Positions 1 through 14,426 of a stretch of 64,000 nucleotides of DNA are shown in pieces. The notes below the pieces were generated by a model. The model was not told the origin of the DNA. It did not search any database and saw only the letters and a program-made list of their open reading frames with translations. The translations under genes were made by a program, and so were the position numbers. The stretch is from Octopus sinensis (Eukaryota), in NCBI RefSeq assembly GCF_006345805.1, contig NW_021835999.1, forward strand, positions 306,616 through 370,615. The letters run 5' to 3'. The stretch's first letter is position 1. Each line of letters starts with the position of its first letter.

Positions 1-3000
1 CGACAACTTCAAGCAGGGGATTACTTGATGGGCGTACATTCGCAAATCCTCAAATTGAGAACAGGGACACAATACTTCCACACGAGCCAATGTAGCCAAT
101 CGAGTGAATATAAGAGATGACAAAAGACTGCTCCGGTCGTCTTTGAATCCTTGGAGAATGACGGGCATAATTATGGCAATAGAGAGTGAGTCCACCACAT
201 TTGTTAGTCTGAGCAACCCACTCAATGCTTCGCCCGTCAACTGGGGGTTAACGAGAGCCGACAATATGGATTGCAGGATTACTACACTCATTATAATCGG
301 AATACTGGTTATTTCGGGATTTTTGATAAACGACGAAATCTTATTGAGGGCACGACTGGCACTGTCTCTGACTTGTCCAGTCAAGTCTCGGAGTGAGTCC
401 AGCAAGTGAGAGATCACGCTCGGCAATGCCCGGGTCATAATTTCCTCAGAACTATGGGCAATTGATCCCAGGATTTCAATCGAACCTGCCTCTTTATTAC
501 AACAAATTACAAATTCTTGTCCTCCAAGAACGATCAGAAAGTGCCTCCAGGAGCTGGGGGAGGATTTTTTCCATTCCTTCAGTGCTCAAAGTTGCCATAA
601 CCACACGCGAACAGTCAATGGCGGCCTTTCGGACATGGTCATTCTGGTCTCCAATCAGATTGAGGAGATGTGGGAGAAAGGCCACAATGTATGGTTCGAA
701 TGACTTGCCCACAATTTTGCACAATGCTTTGAACAGGAAAGTGGCGTCTTAACTTATGACAAGTCGAATATTACTTTCACGAGCAATCAAGTCCTTACTA
801 GCAAAGTTGGCAGTGAGGAATGTAACAATGTGGTATTTGTCGAAGGAATCAACCCCCAGACCATGACACAGTCCTGCCAATCCGTAGGCAAATCCTAGTC
901 GATCCACATAGACTGGAGATTCGACAAGTCCATTCTTCATTCGAAGAACAAAGACCTTCTCTTTGGATCGAATAGTCTTTGCGAAGGTTGGGAGACACCG
1001 GGCTACGTTCTCCTGAACCTGAGACTGAGACAAACAAGGAGATGCCATTTCGGAGGGAGTGGAGAGTGCGCCCAACAGTTTTTCTAGAATAGAGGGCATT
1101 CTCTTGTCGTTTCCGTCCAGATGTACGGCGAGTGCCCCCATTATGGTCACCAAAGCATACCGCCGCATGTCAAACTCGGCAGAGTTGGGAGTCTCGCAAA
1201 GAATCCTGTCGAGAACGGGCAATAAACCCCGGACATGTTTCTACAACAATGAATGAATGGAGAACCTCTCCGTATGTCTGAGATAGAGTAATGGCGACAT
1301 GATAGTACTGCTTGACCACATCGGGACTGGAGTCATCCACTGCCGATGAGAGAATGAAGCGGAGGACATCCATCACAAGCCCCGAGGAGTTTCCGTAGAA
1401 GGAGACCAACTCAAACAAGGCCATTCCACCACCAAGTCGACCCCACCAAGAAGTGTTGGTGTTGTAGGCCTCCTTTATCTTGTCAATGATGTCACTGATC
1501 GAGACTCGTCTCATTCGAATGAAACAAAAGGCGAGTGCTTTCGAGGCTGCAACTCGTAGTTCAGTCTGATGACTCATCGCCATGTCAAACACGTCGTCAA
1601 ATACCAGTCGAGTTACCTCCCGATCGGTCACATCGAAAAGTCAGAATAATCAATCGAGCCACCTACTGCTCGGCCAGTCGACTGATAGAAGGATACGCCG
1701 AGTGAATGGACACCAGACATGCACTCTTGATCTGTCGAAGCAGGACAGGACATTCCACAGATTCCACACAAACTGACATTTTGAGAAGAGTCTGCCATTA
1801 TGCCCACACAAACCTCAAGAGCAACAAGTTTAAGGACGTGGTTGTGCTTGAAAAGCATATTGACGAGTATCTGCACTTTGAGAGGACAGTTAGTCTCGAG
1901 ATTGCATAAGAAGGCGGCCAAATCAAACAAGTGGACGGCCTTGTCAGTCATATCAACTACTGTGGCCTCCCCAAGCACTAGGAGGTGGTCAGTCGGTATC
2001 ATATCGACGATGCTCTATTCAGTCAGAGGAAGGAGTCACCTGGTCATTGGGGGCCCATATCTTGACCTTTTCCAGAAGGTGGATCAAGTGGGTGATCGGA
2101 CGAACATAGATGGGAGAAAAGGACAGAGAATGACCCATTTTACGACAATACTCCGAGGAGATAATATTGCTGGTCAGAAATAAAACATAACAAGTCTGTG
2201 CTACGAGAAGGTCTCTCTTTTTCTCTATTTGTGCGAATACTCTGTCCCCGGTCTCGATCAGCTTAATGGCCTCCAATATATGCTCAACAGGGTCAGTCCC
2301 CTCAAACAACACGACTTTGCACCGCCAAACAATATTCCCTGGGAATGAGGAAATATCACCCAACTCTTATCGGGAGAGAGATTAGGGAATGCATAGTCCA
2401 CTAAGAATTGAGTGAACATGACTCCAATTCGGTGGAGGACACAATCTCGCAGCAAATCATGAGAGTGGGACAAAAGTGATAGAAAATTGTCTGGCCTGAT
2501 ATAACACCCGTCCAGTTCACTCAGAATAGATATCAGCCAATATGGCCTGTCGATTAACTACGAATTCTGTGACTAATCAGACCTGGTGAACTCTTTTAGA
2601 GATGGACGCCTCATGGGAGAGTGTCTCGTCGATTTTAGCAAGTTGTTGGGGAGTCATGGACACTCCATTATACAAGCACGTGAAAATGGGCTACTCTTGA
2701 GGACAAACCACTACCTCCTCAGTCTTCCCACGACTGTCCTTCATGTTCGTCTCCCTGATGCTTCGATAGAACAAACACAAATCACCCTTCGACCAGTCCG
2801 ACGTCAAAAACAAGACCCCCGTCGGAAGCCTCCATAATGGCACGTTCTTCCTCAGTCACCCCGGCAGTGAGAACAACTCGGTCTCCCTCCAGCAATTCGT
2901 CGAGGATACTACTCCCGAATTGACGAGCAAACGGAAGATTGGAAGAAATATAGGCTGATAGATTGAGAATAGACTGGCTTTCGAGGTTAGCCACTGCCAA

Positions 3001-5340
3001 ATTGACACAGAATGACACGGGAATGGAGAAAATGTCATAATTGGCTCGCAAATAGTTAACATTGTCTATAACCATCAGAATGTGGTACTACACAATCTGG
3101 GGTGAAAGAGGTACGGCAGGACACTCTCCAGGCCGTCCACTGAGTTTAAAATGACACGGAGGACTCCTCGGAAACGGGAGGGAGAGAAAACACAGCACAC
3201 GGACAAGCATTTCCTCTACAATGGCACAAAAGAATAACATTGAGTTTGGCATGTTCCAAACTGTCAAACAAATAGAGCACACACTTCAGAATGTCACCAA
3301 TGGACTCCGGAAAATGACATGTCAATTTGTCACCAAGAACAAACAATTTGTGAAAATAGATAATAACGATGGGCCACGTCAAGTCCGACTGAGGCATTAA
3401 TTCCAAGGCCAGTCTATGAACAATTCTCAGTTCTGTGGTGGTGATAAGAATACAACCATTTCTGGAATACAGCACTATGGACTTGTCGAGGAATATGCCA
3501 ATAGTGTAGCACACAGTGGGACGAGTTTGCCCCAACACACTCAGCATTTCGAGGAGGGGGAGGGACAGGGAAATTCCCCCCTTCAGACTGAGAACACGAT
3601 CAGTCCACTCAATAATATGATTGATCAAGTCAATATCGAATTCTACCAATAATGAATGAATGATACCCTCGAATGAATTAATAACTAAATTCCCCACCAG
3701 TTTAGTATAGCCCACAATACTCCACAGTCGATCATATCCGAGAATGCTCTCCTGAGAGTGACACCGAATGAGTACAATAATGTTGGGAGTACATTTGAAC
3801 AGACTCCATCCAGTCAGAGTCCTAATCATCGCCTCGAGGACACGCACAGAATTGGTCTCACTCATCAGGGACAGTAGAGAACGAAAGACACATTCACACG
3901 ACTGGTCAGTGACTGCAGTGGACTGTGCCAAATACCCCATGCATTGCAGAACAGCCTCCTTCTTGACCACGTCGGAAGGAGACAAGACTGGAATGAGCAT
4001 TCCACTCACCCGAATATTTGTCACATAGTCGCTCAAAAACGGAGGCAGGAGGACTGGCCTTGCAGACAGCTCGGAATGACTGGACTGCCCTGTCTCTGTT
4101 TTCTGCCCCTTCCATGCATTCTGTGTATATTACTCCACGCATTGCCTAGTAGGGCCTCCACTAGAAGGAGGACGGAATGGTGGTCGCAGGTGATGTGAGG
4201 GATGAGGGCATCGAAGACTACACTCACACGAGGACATACACATGTTGAGTTGGTGCATGTACATATTAATAATACGAAGGAGGGCCGGCCGGACGAGAGA
4301 TATGTCCACCAGGCGGGCGACGTGTTTGGCCGCAGTCTGAGAATGAGACACAATCCTGACCAATAGGGAACAGTCTCGAATGCCTCTATTCTGCACATTC
4401 GCTATTAGACTGGACAATATACTCTGCAATGTCCACATTTCCATTACCGTGGCATTGTTGGGGAAATATTGCTTTCCCACACTGCAGAAAATGCAAATGC
4501 AGTAGAACAGTCCAAAGTCGACAATATCGCCAATCGTGTCCAGAATGCGGGCACACGCCGAGTAGGGGCAGTACAACTTAAATTCATCAACCGAGTAATC
4601 ACATTGATCACCCCACTCCAAATGCGGGCCATGTGTTCTCTCAATTTGGTTTCCCTTCTATGTTGTCTGGCCATTCGAGAGAGTGTGGACAACTGGAATG
4701 TCAATTTCAATGCCTCTACAATTTCCCGCCACAAATAATCCACGTAATTATTCCCCCCAGTGACGAATTTGGCTATACTGCCCTCCATCAATGAGGAAAT
4801 GGCCGCCAGTCTCCACACCCAATCGGCAGCACTACTGGAAGGGAAAACTGACAAAATGTTGGTCGGTCCTTGCGGGGTGTGTTGGAGGAGGAAGAATAGG
4901 AGGAAGTGATGTTGAGATTTGTCTCCCAAATAGGCAGGGAGGGGAGAAGCATATTCTGCCAGGCAATAGAGCTGTTCGGGTGGGAGGACTTGATAATGAT
5001 ATATATTATACTTGCAATTTGCTCACTAAACACCCCGATGGGACTATTAAAAAGATTGTCGGGAATTATTTCATCCATCAACACACAAGGTTGAATTTAG
5101 TAAACATATCAATTTAAACAAATATTGCTTTAAAATATGTTAATTTATTAATACATTTCCCTTGTTTTCCATGTCGGCATTGTATGTTTTTATACCAACA
5201 AGACCATCACTCAAAACTAATAACCCTAACCCTTTCTTAAAATTAGGTTTGGCCTTTTTAACCCACAAGTAATCTCTCAGTGACACTTGTGTGCTATTAA
5301 TCCCCTGACAAATCATGTCCTCCAAAACACGAGGCACATC
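1..5340 (-). CDS. GCN1: GCN1 translational activator (HEAT repeats), multi-exon; 3' end lies beyond window position 1; exact start uncertain (~5316-5340)
   Basis: Spliced translation gives GCN1 motifs. Removing the 27-nt GT-AG intron at 748-774 yields ARENATFLFKALCKIVGKSFEPYIVAFLPHLLNLIGDQNDHVRKAA...LPQLLEALSDRSWRT. Also seen: ALNKISSFIKNPEI and LLGALSTPSE...VQENVARCLP. About 4.6 kb upstream of the FEPY motif fits a near full-length N-terminal half. Confidence 0.9.
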
Positions 5341-5400
5341 TCAGGCAAGCAAAAACTTAATTTCCATGATAAAATGACAATAAAATATGAACATTCCAAA

Positions 5401-7185
5401 TTAATCTTTTTGAAACTTTCGAATATCGGAAAGGAAGGGTCTTGGTGTATCCTGGACAATTCCATTGATGGATGGGGGGGCAGGGACGACAGGAGACTCC
5501 TCTTTCACATCCGAGTTACTCTCCTTCGATGAAATTTGTTTCTAGTCAGTTCGCCACTCAAAACAGACTTTATGGCGAGACAATATTTTGTTCCTTTCTT
5601 CTCGAGGAAGTGAGGACAGTCTTGTTTGTATGCTCACCTTTTTGATCTGGAAACTGACTTGACAAATTACAGTCTTCCGATCATCGAGCAGGCGTTGCAC
5701 CCAACTGGCCGAGTGGGCCTCGAGCAAGCCCTGCATTTTGGTGGGGACGTGGATAGGATTGGAGACATACTCGTCGGACACATTTCGGTAGTATCTGTGG
5801 GGTGAGAACGCACACTACTTGAATTTGGACAAGTCTTGGAAGGACGGAATGCCCGACTTGAGTGTCTGCTTTCCCAGGACGGCGGAGAGGACGAGCACTG
5901 GAAATGAGTGGCATGTCTACCCAAGTCCTGGTCTTTGACAAGGAAGTGGACTGACTCGACGTCGACGAATGTTTCCATGAGAATGCGCCCAGTGGCAGCC
6001 TCGTAGAGCATGTGTGCGTACAAATACACGTCGAATGCGGTGGCGGACTACGTCGACACTCCCACCAACCTTAATACTGCCGTGATCCACGCACAGAGGT
6101 CGATGAAAAGACGAGACACCCAGAAGGGAACTTTCTGTTTCGGCCAGTTTGAAGATGCCGTTGATGAAGAAGACATTTCCGAGGTGGACATTGCCATGGA
6201 ACAGTCCGTGGGCGTGCAAGTACTCGAGGGCACGGAGGATGTGGAGACCCAGCGTGTTGACACCCGAGGGGGGGAGAGGAGTGTTCGGTCCACTCATTTT
6301 GCGGATGAAGAAGGCGTTCATCTTGTTCTTGCTAATCTGATCCCGGACTGACCCGTTGGGGAGGAAGACGTGTGTGGAGTACATCCCCGACACTGCAAAG
6401 TGGGAGGACACGACGGGGACGATGAACTGGCACTGGGGGTCACCATTGGGACACACCTGGAACTTTTGAATGAGGGCGAGGACGGCTTCGACAGTGGTTG
6501 GGGACATGGTCTTGTGGGGGGAGTACTCGGTCTGGGTGGCGAGGGGGGAGTACGAAGGACAGCAGGTAGTTGGTCTTGCAGTGGGAGACCTTCGACACAA
6601 CAAAGTAGTTCTTGGACCCCCGCCAACCAATGTCTGCCAGGAGACGGTGGACAGTCCAGTTGTTGTCGCTGCGGAAGAAGATGAAGGCATTTTCGGAGTG
6701 GAGGTCTGGGGTGAGAGGGAGGACTACTGTTTATGTTTCGACTCTTCTCGTACGTCTCCAAGAACTCCCGGACAACCCAATAGCGGGAGAGCAGTTTGTC
6801 CTCCAACACTCCATTGAGGAATAACTGCATCACCTCATCACTCATACCTGCAAATCCCCCAGTCTTTTCTGCACAAATTGGGCATCCAGTTTCCCTATCA
6901 CTTTTTTGGGGGGGAGTGGCGGGGTCTGCGGGTACACTTTGCTGAGTTTGGAGTGGAGGGCCTCGAACTGGCTGTATCTCTTGCCCACCGAGTATTTTAC
7001 ATTCTTGCCATACCCTCGAGTCACCAGAATGGAGTATTCCTGGAATATTACCCAACCTCACTGTGTGGTCTTTGAAGGTCGTATGGTCGGTGATGGTGGC
7101 CTGAATGGGGTCCGAGTCGTCTGTGTGCTGCTGGCCTGCTAACCAATACGTCATACCATTAACTTTGGTTGAATATTAAGTCCAT
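5401..7185 (-). CDS. PXK: PX-domain kinase-like protein (PX + pseudokinase + C-terminal WH2-like motif), copy A, apparently intact
   Basis: Spliced: MDLIFNQ|..QQHTDDSDPIQATITDHTTFKDHT|EYSILVTRGYGKNVKYSVGKRYSQFEALH..PPLPPKKVIGKLDAQFVQKRLGDLQ (PX; 22-nt intron at 7040-7061). Kinase-like LRALEYLHAHGLFHGNVHLGNVF. C-terminus RPFLSDIRKFQKD*. Confidence 0.85.
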
Positions 7186-7882
7186 TGTTATTGGGTTAAT
7201 TTATTAATCCATTTTTAATTATAGATTCAAATACTCAAGTAAATAAAAACTAAAATATCAAAACAGAAAAAGTAGTGCTGGGGAGTGTAGATAAACCTCA
7301 GTTCTCTAAAAAACAATTGCTTGGAAATCCAATCCGGAAGGTCTCTCGTTGTAGCAAGTGCAATCAACACCAACCTAGACTTTGCGGAGTAGTGTGAAGA
7401 CAGAGTGATAAATGGTAGCCAGAAAGACAAACCAGTGACCTTTTTGATCTTAAATAGGAAGAGGCATTTACAAATTTGCTTGGTGCTTCTTTTTCTGTCT
7501 GTGCGACAATAGTTTTCCTTGTTCTCCGACAGACGTGGAATAGAGGAGAACATTACAAAAGAGCTTGTTTGACTTCCTGAACTCTTAGAAAAAACAAAAT
7601 ATTAATAAATTTACATACAATCATAGTGAACGCGCCTAGCAGTACAAAAACGCTATTCCCGGGTTTCCCAAACTTTTTCTATCGCGACACCCTAAAATGT
7701 TAACTTTATCCTCGGCACCCCTAACTAATATTTTAAATAAATATTTGATAAAAACTTTTTACGCAAAAAATATCAACAATAAAAAATTTTTTCGAAAAAT
7801 TAGTTATATGATAACCCAGTGAGAATCCATATGCCGGAATTCTTAATCAATCAAAATAATCCTTTTATAATATTTACAAATA

Positions 7883-8185
7883 CAGTTCCTGACAAAAAAA
7901 ATTGGATTTGTAATAAATCGAATTTTTTTAAAAATAAATTATAATTTAATTTTCTTACATCATTCTTGGCAAAATTAGAATTATTTTTTTAATTTTTAAA
8001 ATTATTTTTGGTTTTTAGAATTTAATTTTAAAGCAGAATTTAAAATTTTCCGGACAAAATAATTGGATTTGGACAAAAAAATTGGATTTTCGTATAAATG
8101 AAGCGTAATTCAAAAATCCATTTATCTGATAATTCTAATTTTGCCAAGAATGATGTAAGAAAATTAAATTATAATTTATTTTTAA
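7883..8185. mobile_element. Tc1/mariner-type MITE, copy A, right TIR truncated by the duplication junction
   Basis: Starts TA|CAGTTCCTGACAAAAAAAATTGG and matches the complete copy at 14427-14774, but the last ~45 nt of the right TIR are replaced by GCN1 sequence at 8186. Confidence 0.85.
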
Positions 8186-11100
8186 AATCAATCGAGCCAC
8201 CTACTGTTCGGCCAGTCGACTGATAGAAGGATACGCCGAGTGAATGGACACCAGACATGCACTCTTGATCTGTCGAAGCAGGACAGGAGATTCCACAGAT
8301 TCCACACAAACTGACATTTTGAGAAGAGTCTGCCATTATGCCCACACAAACCTCAAGAGCAACAAGTTTAAGGACGTGGTTGTGCTTGAAAAGCATATTG
8401 ACGAGTATCTGCACTTTGAGAGGACAGTTAGTCTCGAGATTGCATAAGAAGGCGGCCAAATCAAACAAGTGGCCGGCCTTGTCAGTCATATCAACTACTG
8501 TGGCCTCCCCAAGCACAAGGAGGTGGTCAGTCGGTATCATATCGACGATGGTCTATTCAGTCAGAGGAAGGAGTCACCTGGTCATTGGGGGCCCATATCT
8601 TGACCTTTTCCAGAAGGTGGATCAAGTGGGTGATCGGACGAACATAGATGGGAGAAAAGGACAGAGAATGACCCATTTTACGACAATACTCCGAGGAGAT
8701 AATATTGCTGGTCAGAAATAAGACATAACAAGTCTGTGCTACGAGAAGGTCTCTCTTTTTCTCTATTTGTGCGAATACTCTGTCCCCGGTCTCGATCAGC
8801 TTAATGGCCTCCAATATATGCTCAACAGGGTCAGTCCCCTCAAACAACACGACTTTGCACCGCCAAACAATATTCCCTGAGAATGAGGAAATATCACCCA
8901 ACTCTTATCGGGAGAGAGATTAGGGAATGCATAGTCCACTAAGAATTGAGTGAACATGACTCCAATTCGGTGGAGGACGCAATCTCGCAGCAAATCATGA
9001 GAGTGGGACAAAAGTGATAAAAAATTGTCTGGCCTGATATAACACCCGTCCAGTTCACTCAGGATAGATATCAGCCAATATGGCCTGTCGATTAACTAGG
9101 AATTCTGTGACTAATCAGACCTGGTGCACTCTTTTAGAGACGGACGCCTCATGGGAGAGTGTCTCGTTGATTTTAGCAAGTTGTTGGGGAGTCATGGACA
9201 CTCCATTATACAAGCACGTGAAAATGGGCTACTCTCGAGGACAAACCATTACCTCCTCAGTCTTCCCACGACTGTCCTTCATGTTCGTCTCCCTGATGCT
9301 TCGATAGAACAAACACAAATCACCCTTCGACCAGTCCGACGTCAAAAACAAGACCCCCGTCGGAAGCCTCCATAATGGCACGTTCTTCCTCAGTCACCCC
9401 GGCAGTGAGAACAACTCGGTCTCCCTCCAGCAATTCGTCGAGGATACTACTCCCGAATTGACGAGCAAACGAAAGATTGGAAGAAATATAGGCTGATAGA
9501 TTGAGAATAGACTGGCTTTCGAGGTTAGCCACTGCCAAATTGACACAGAATGACACGGGAATGGAGAAAATGTCATAATTGGCTCGCAAATAGTTAACAT
9601 TGTCTATAACCATCAGAATGTGGTACTACACAATCTGGGGTGAAAAAGGTACGGCAGGACACTCTCCAGGCCGTCCACTGAGTATAGAATGACACGGAGG
9701 ACTCCTCGGAAACGGGAGGGAGAGAAAACACAGCACACGGACAAACATTTCCTCTACAATGGCAAAAAAGAATAACATTGAGTTTGGCATGTTCCAAACT
9801 GTCAAACAAATAGAGCACACACTTCAGAATGTCACCAATGGACTCCGGAAAATGACATGTCAATTTGTCACCAAGAACAAACAATTTGTGAAAATAGATA
9901 ATAACGATGGGCCACGTCAAGTCCGACTGAGGCATTAATTGCAAGGCCAGTCTATGAACAATTCTCAGTTCTGTGGTGGTGATAAGAATACAACCATTTC
10001 TGGAATACAGCACTATGGACTTGTCGAGGAATATGCCAATAGTGTAGCACACAGTGGGACGAGTTTGCCCCAACACACTCAGCATTTCGAGGAGGGGGAG
10101 GGACAGGGAAATTCCCCCCTTCAGACTGAGAACACGATCAGTCCAATCAATAATGTGATTGATAAAGTCAATATCGAATTCTACCAATAATGAATGAATG
10201 ATACCCTCGAATGAATTAATAACTAAATTCCCCACCAGTTTAGTATAGCCCACAATACTCCACAGTCGATCATATTTGAGAATGCTCTCCTGAAAGTGAC
10301 ACCGAATGAGTACAATAATGTTGGGAGTACATTTGAACAGACTCCATCCAGTCAGAGTCCTAATCATCGCCTCGAGGACACGCACAGAATTGGTCTCACT
10401 CATCAGAGACAGTAGAGAACGAAAGACACATTCACACAACTGGTCAGTGACTGCAGTGGACTGTGCCAAATACCCCATGCATTGCAGAACAGCCTCCTTC
10501 TTGACCACGTCGGAAGGAGACAAGACTGGAATGAGCATTCCACTCACCCGAATATTTGTCACATAGTCGCTCAAAAACGGAGGCAGGAGGACTGGCCTTG
10601 CAGACAGCTCGGAATGACTGGACTGCCCTGTCTCTGTTTTCTGCCCCTTCCATGCATTCTGTGTATATTACTCCACACATTGCCTAGTAGGGCCTCCACT
10701 AGAAGGAGGACGGAATGGTGGTCGCAGGTGATGTGAGGGATGAGGGCATCGAAGACTACACTCACACGAGGACATACACATGTTGAGTTGGTGCATGTAC
10801 ATATTAATAATACGAAGGAGGGCCGGCCGGACGAGAGATATGTCCACCAGGCGGGCGACGTGTTTGGCCGCAGTCTGAGAATGAGACACAATCCTGACCA
10901 ATAGGGAACAGTCTCGAATGCCTCTATTCTGCACATTCGCTATTAGACTGGACAATATACTCTGCAATGTCCACATTTCCATTACCGTGGCATTGTTGGG
11001 GAAATATTGCTTTCCCACACTGCAGAAATGCAAATGCAGTAGAACAGTCCAAAGTCGACAATATCGCCAATCGTGTCCAGAATGCGAGCACACGCCGAGT

Positions 11101-11877
11101 AGGGGCAGTACAACTTAAATTCATCAACCGAGTAATCACATTGATCACCCCACTCCAAATGCGGGCCATGTGTTCTCTCAATTTGGTTTCCCTTCTATGT
11201 TGTCTGGCCATTCGAGAGAGTGTGGACAACTGAAATGTCAATTTCAATGCCTCTACAATTTCCCGCCACAAATAATCCACGTAATTATTCCCCCCAGTGA
11301 CGAATTTGGCTATACTGCCCTCCATCAATGAGGAAATGGCCGCCAGTCTCCACACCCAATCGGCAGCACTACTGGAAGGGAAAACTGACAAAATGTTGGT
11401 CGGTCCTTGCGGGGTGTGTTGGAGGAGGAAGAATAGGAGGAAGTGATGTTGAGATTTGTCTCCCAAATAGGCAGGGAGGGGAGAAGCATATTCTGCCAGG
11501 CAATAGAGCTGTTCGGGTGGGAGGACTTGATAATGATATATATTATACTTGCAATTTGCTCACTAAACACCCCGATGGGACTATTAAAAAGATTGTCGGG
11601 AATTATTTCATCCATCAACACACAAGGTTGAATTTAGTAAACATATCAATTTAAACAAATATTGCTTTAAAATATGTTAATTTATTAATACATTTCCCTT
11701 GTTTTCCATGTCGGCATTGTATGTTTTTATACCAACAAGACCATCACTCAAAACTAATAACCCTAACCCTTTTTTAAAATTAGGTTTGGCCTTTTTAACC
11801 CACAAGTAATCTCTCAGTGACACTTGTGTGCTATTAATCCCCTGACAAATCATGTCCTCCAAAACACGAGGCACATC
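8169..11877 (-). pseudogene. GCN1: GCN1 5' fragment, copy B: truncated at the junction (ends ...GGSIDFKNKL* using MITE sequence), with a 1-nt frameshift near 11026
   Basis: Near-identical to 1648-5340. A4 becomes A3 at 11026-11028 in a coding exon (AFAFSAVW becomes AFAFLQCG...*). Several nonsynonymous changes relative to copy A. Confidence 0.8.
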
Positions 11878-11937
11878 TCAGGCAAGCAAAAACTTAATTT
11901 CCATGATAAAATGATAATAAAATATGAACATTCCAAA

Positions 11938-13721
11938 TTAATCTTTTTGAAACTTTCGAATATCGGCAAGGAAGGGTCTTGGTGTATCCTGGACAATTCC
12001 ATTGATGGATGGGGGGGCAGGGACGACAGGAGACTCCTCTTTCACATCCGAGTTACTCTCCTTCGAGGAAATTTGTTTCTAGTCAATTCGCCACTCAAAA
12101 CAGACTTTATGGCGAGACAATATTTTGTTCCTTTCTTCTCGAGGAAGTGAGGACAGTCTTGTTTGTATGCTCACCTTTTTGATCTGGAAACTGACTTGAC
12201 AAATTACAGTCTTCCGATCATCGAGCAGGCGTTGCACCCAACTGGCCGAGTGGGCCTCGAGCAAGCCCTGCATTTTGGTGGGGACGTGGATAGGATTGGA
12301 GACATACTCGTCGGACACATTTCGGTAGTATCTGTGGGGTGAGAACGCACACTACTTGAATTTGGACAAGTCTTGGAAGGACGGAATGCCCGACTTGAGT
12401 GTCTGCTTTCCCAGGACGGCGGAGAGGACGAGCACTGGAAATGAGTGGCATGTCTACCCAAGTCCTGGTCTTTGACAAGGAAGTGGACTGACTCGACGTC
12501 GACGAATGTTTCCATGAGAATGCGCCCAGTGGCAGCCTCGTAGAGCATGTGTGCGTACAAATACACGTCGAATGCGGTGGCGGACTACGTCGACACTCCC
12601 ACCAACCTTAATACTGCCGTGATCCACGCACAGAGGTCGATGAAAAGACGAGACACCCAGAAGGGAACTTTCTGTTTCGGCCAGTTTGAAGATGCCGTTG
12701 ATGAAGAAGACATTTCCGAGGTGGACATTGCCATGGAACAGTCCGTGGGCGTGCAAGTACTCGAGGGCACGGAGGATGTGGAGACCCAGCGTGTTGACAC
12801 CCGAGGGGGGGAGAGGAGTGTTCGGTCCACTCATTTTGCGGATGAAGAAGGCGTTCATCTTGTTCTTGCTAATCTGATCCCGGACTGACCCGTTGGGGAG
12901 GAAGACGTGTGTGGAGTACATCCCCGACACTGCAAAGTGGGAGGACACGACGGGGACGATGAACTGGCACTGGGGGTCACCATTGGGACACACCTGGAAC
13001 TTTTGAATGAGGGCGAGGACGGCTTCGACAGTGGTTGGGGACATGGTCTTGTGGGGGGAGTACTCGGTCTGGGTGGCGAGGGGGGAGTACGAAGGACAGC
13101 AGGTAGTTGGTCTTGCAGTGGGAGACCTTCGACACAACAAAGTAGTTCTTGGACCCCCGCCAACCAATGTCTGCCAGGAGACGGTGGACAGTCCAGTTGT
13201 TGTCGCTGCGGAAGAAGATGAAGGCATTTTCGGAGTGGAGGTCTGGGGTGAGAGGGAGGACTACTGTTTATGTTTCGACTCTTCTCGTACGTCTCCAAGA
13301 ACTCCCGGACAACCCAATAGCAGGAGAGCAGTTTGTCCTCCAACACTCCATTGAGGAATAATTGCATCACCTCATCACTCATACATGCAAATCCCCCAGT
13401 CTTTTCTGCACAAATTGGGCATCCAGTTTCCCTATCACTTTTTTGGGGGGAGTGGCGGGGTCTGCGGGTACACTTTGCTGAGTTTGGAGTGGAGGGCCTC
13501 GAACTGGCTGTATCTCTTGCCCACCGAGTATTTTACATTCTTGCCATACCCTCGAGTCACCAGAATGGAGTATTCCTGGAATATTACCCAACCTCACTGT
13601 GTGGTCTTTGAAGGTCGTATGGTCGGTGATGGTGGCCTGAATGAGGTCCGAGTCGTCTGTGTGCTGCTGGCCTGCTAACCAATACGTCATACCATTAACT
13701 TTGGTTGAATATTAAGTCCAT
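11938..13721 (-). pseudogene. PXK: PXK copy B, full length but with a frameshift in the PX domain (G7 to G6 at 13445-13450; possibly a sequencing error)
   Basis: Copy A reads QTPPLPPKKVI. Copy B lacks one C (minus strand) and reaches TGA immediately after. The last exonic base before a donor also changes (CAG|GT to CAT|GT, near 13386). Confidence 0.7.
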
Positions 13722-14426
13722 TGTTATTGGGTTAATTTATTAATCCATTTTTAATTATAGATTCAAATACTCAAGTAAATAAAAACTAAAATATCAAAAC
13801 AGAAAAAGTAGTGCTGGGGAGTGTAGATAAACCTCAGTTCCCTAATAAACAATTGCTTGGAAATCCAATCCGGAAGGTCTCTCGTTGTAGCAAGTGCAAT
13901 CAACACCAACCTAGACTTTGCGGAGTAGTGTGAAGACAGAGTGATAAATGGTAGCCAGAAAGACAAATTGTGACCAGCTTTTTGATCTCCCCTTAAATAG
14001 GAAGAGGCATTTACAAATTTGCTTGGTGCTTCTTTTTCTGTCTGTGCGACAATAGTTTTCCTTGTTCTCCGACAGACGTGGAATAGAGGAGAACATTACA
14101 AAAGAGCTTGTTTGACTTCCTGAACTCTTAGAAAAAACAAAATATTAATAAATTTACATACAATCATAGTGAACGCGCCTAGCAGTACAAAAACGCTATT
14201 CCCGGGTTTCCCAAACTTTTTCTATCGCGACACCCTAAAAATGTTAACTTTATCCTCGGCACCCCTAACTAATATTTTAAATAAATATTTGATAAAAACT
14301 TTTTACGCAAAAAATATCAACAATAAAAAATTTTTTCGAAAAATTAGTTATATGATAACCCAGTGAGAATCCATATGCCGGAATTCTTAATCAATCAAAA
14401 TAATCCTTTTATAATATTTACAAATA

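Noticed and set aside
7227-7553. Minus ORF segment SRLVLIALATTRDLPDWI resembling the Orc1/Cdc6 sensor region
   Set aside because: No Walker A or B upstream, and copy B has indels breaking the frame. Chance similarity or an unrecognisable remnant; a tBLASTx would settle it.
7658-7692. GGGTTTCCCAAACTTTTTCTATCGCGACACCC resembling a hAT-type terminus
   Set aside because: No matching second TIR or 8-bp TSD found.
104-13700. Many plus-strand and alternative-frame ORFs over GCN1 and PXK, and likewise over IDH3A, the PTP gene, OXR1 and RNGTT
   Set aside because: They are shadow frames of GC-rich exons with no recognisable motifs; the spliced genes explain the region.
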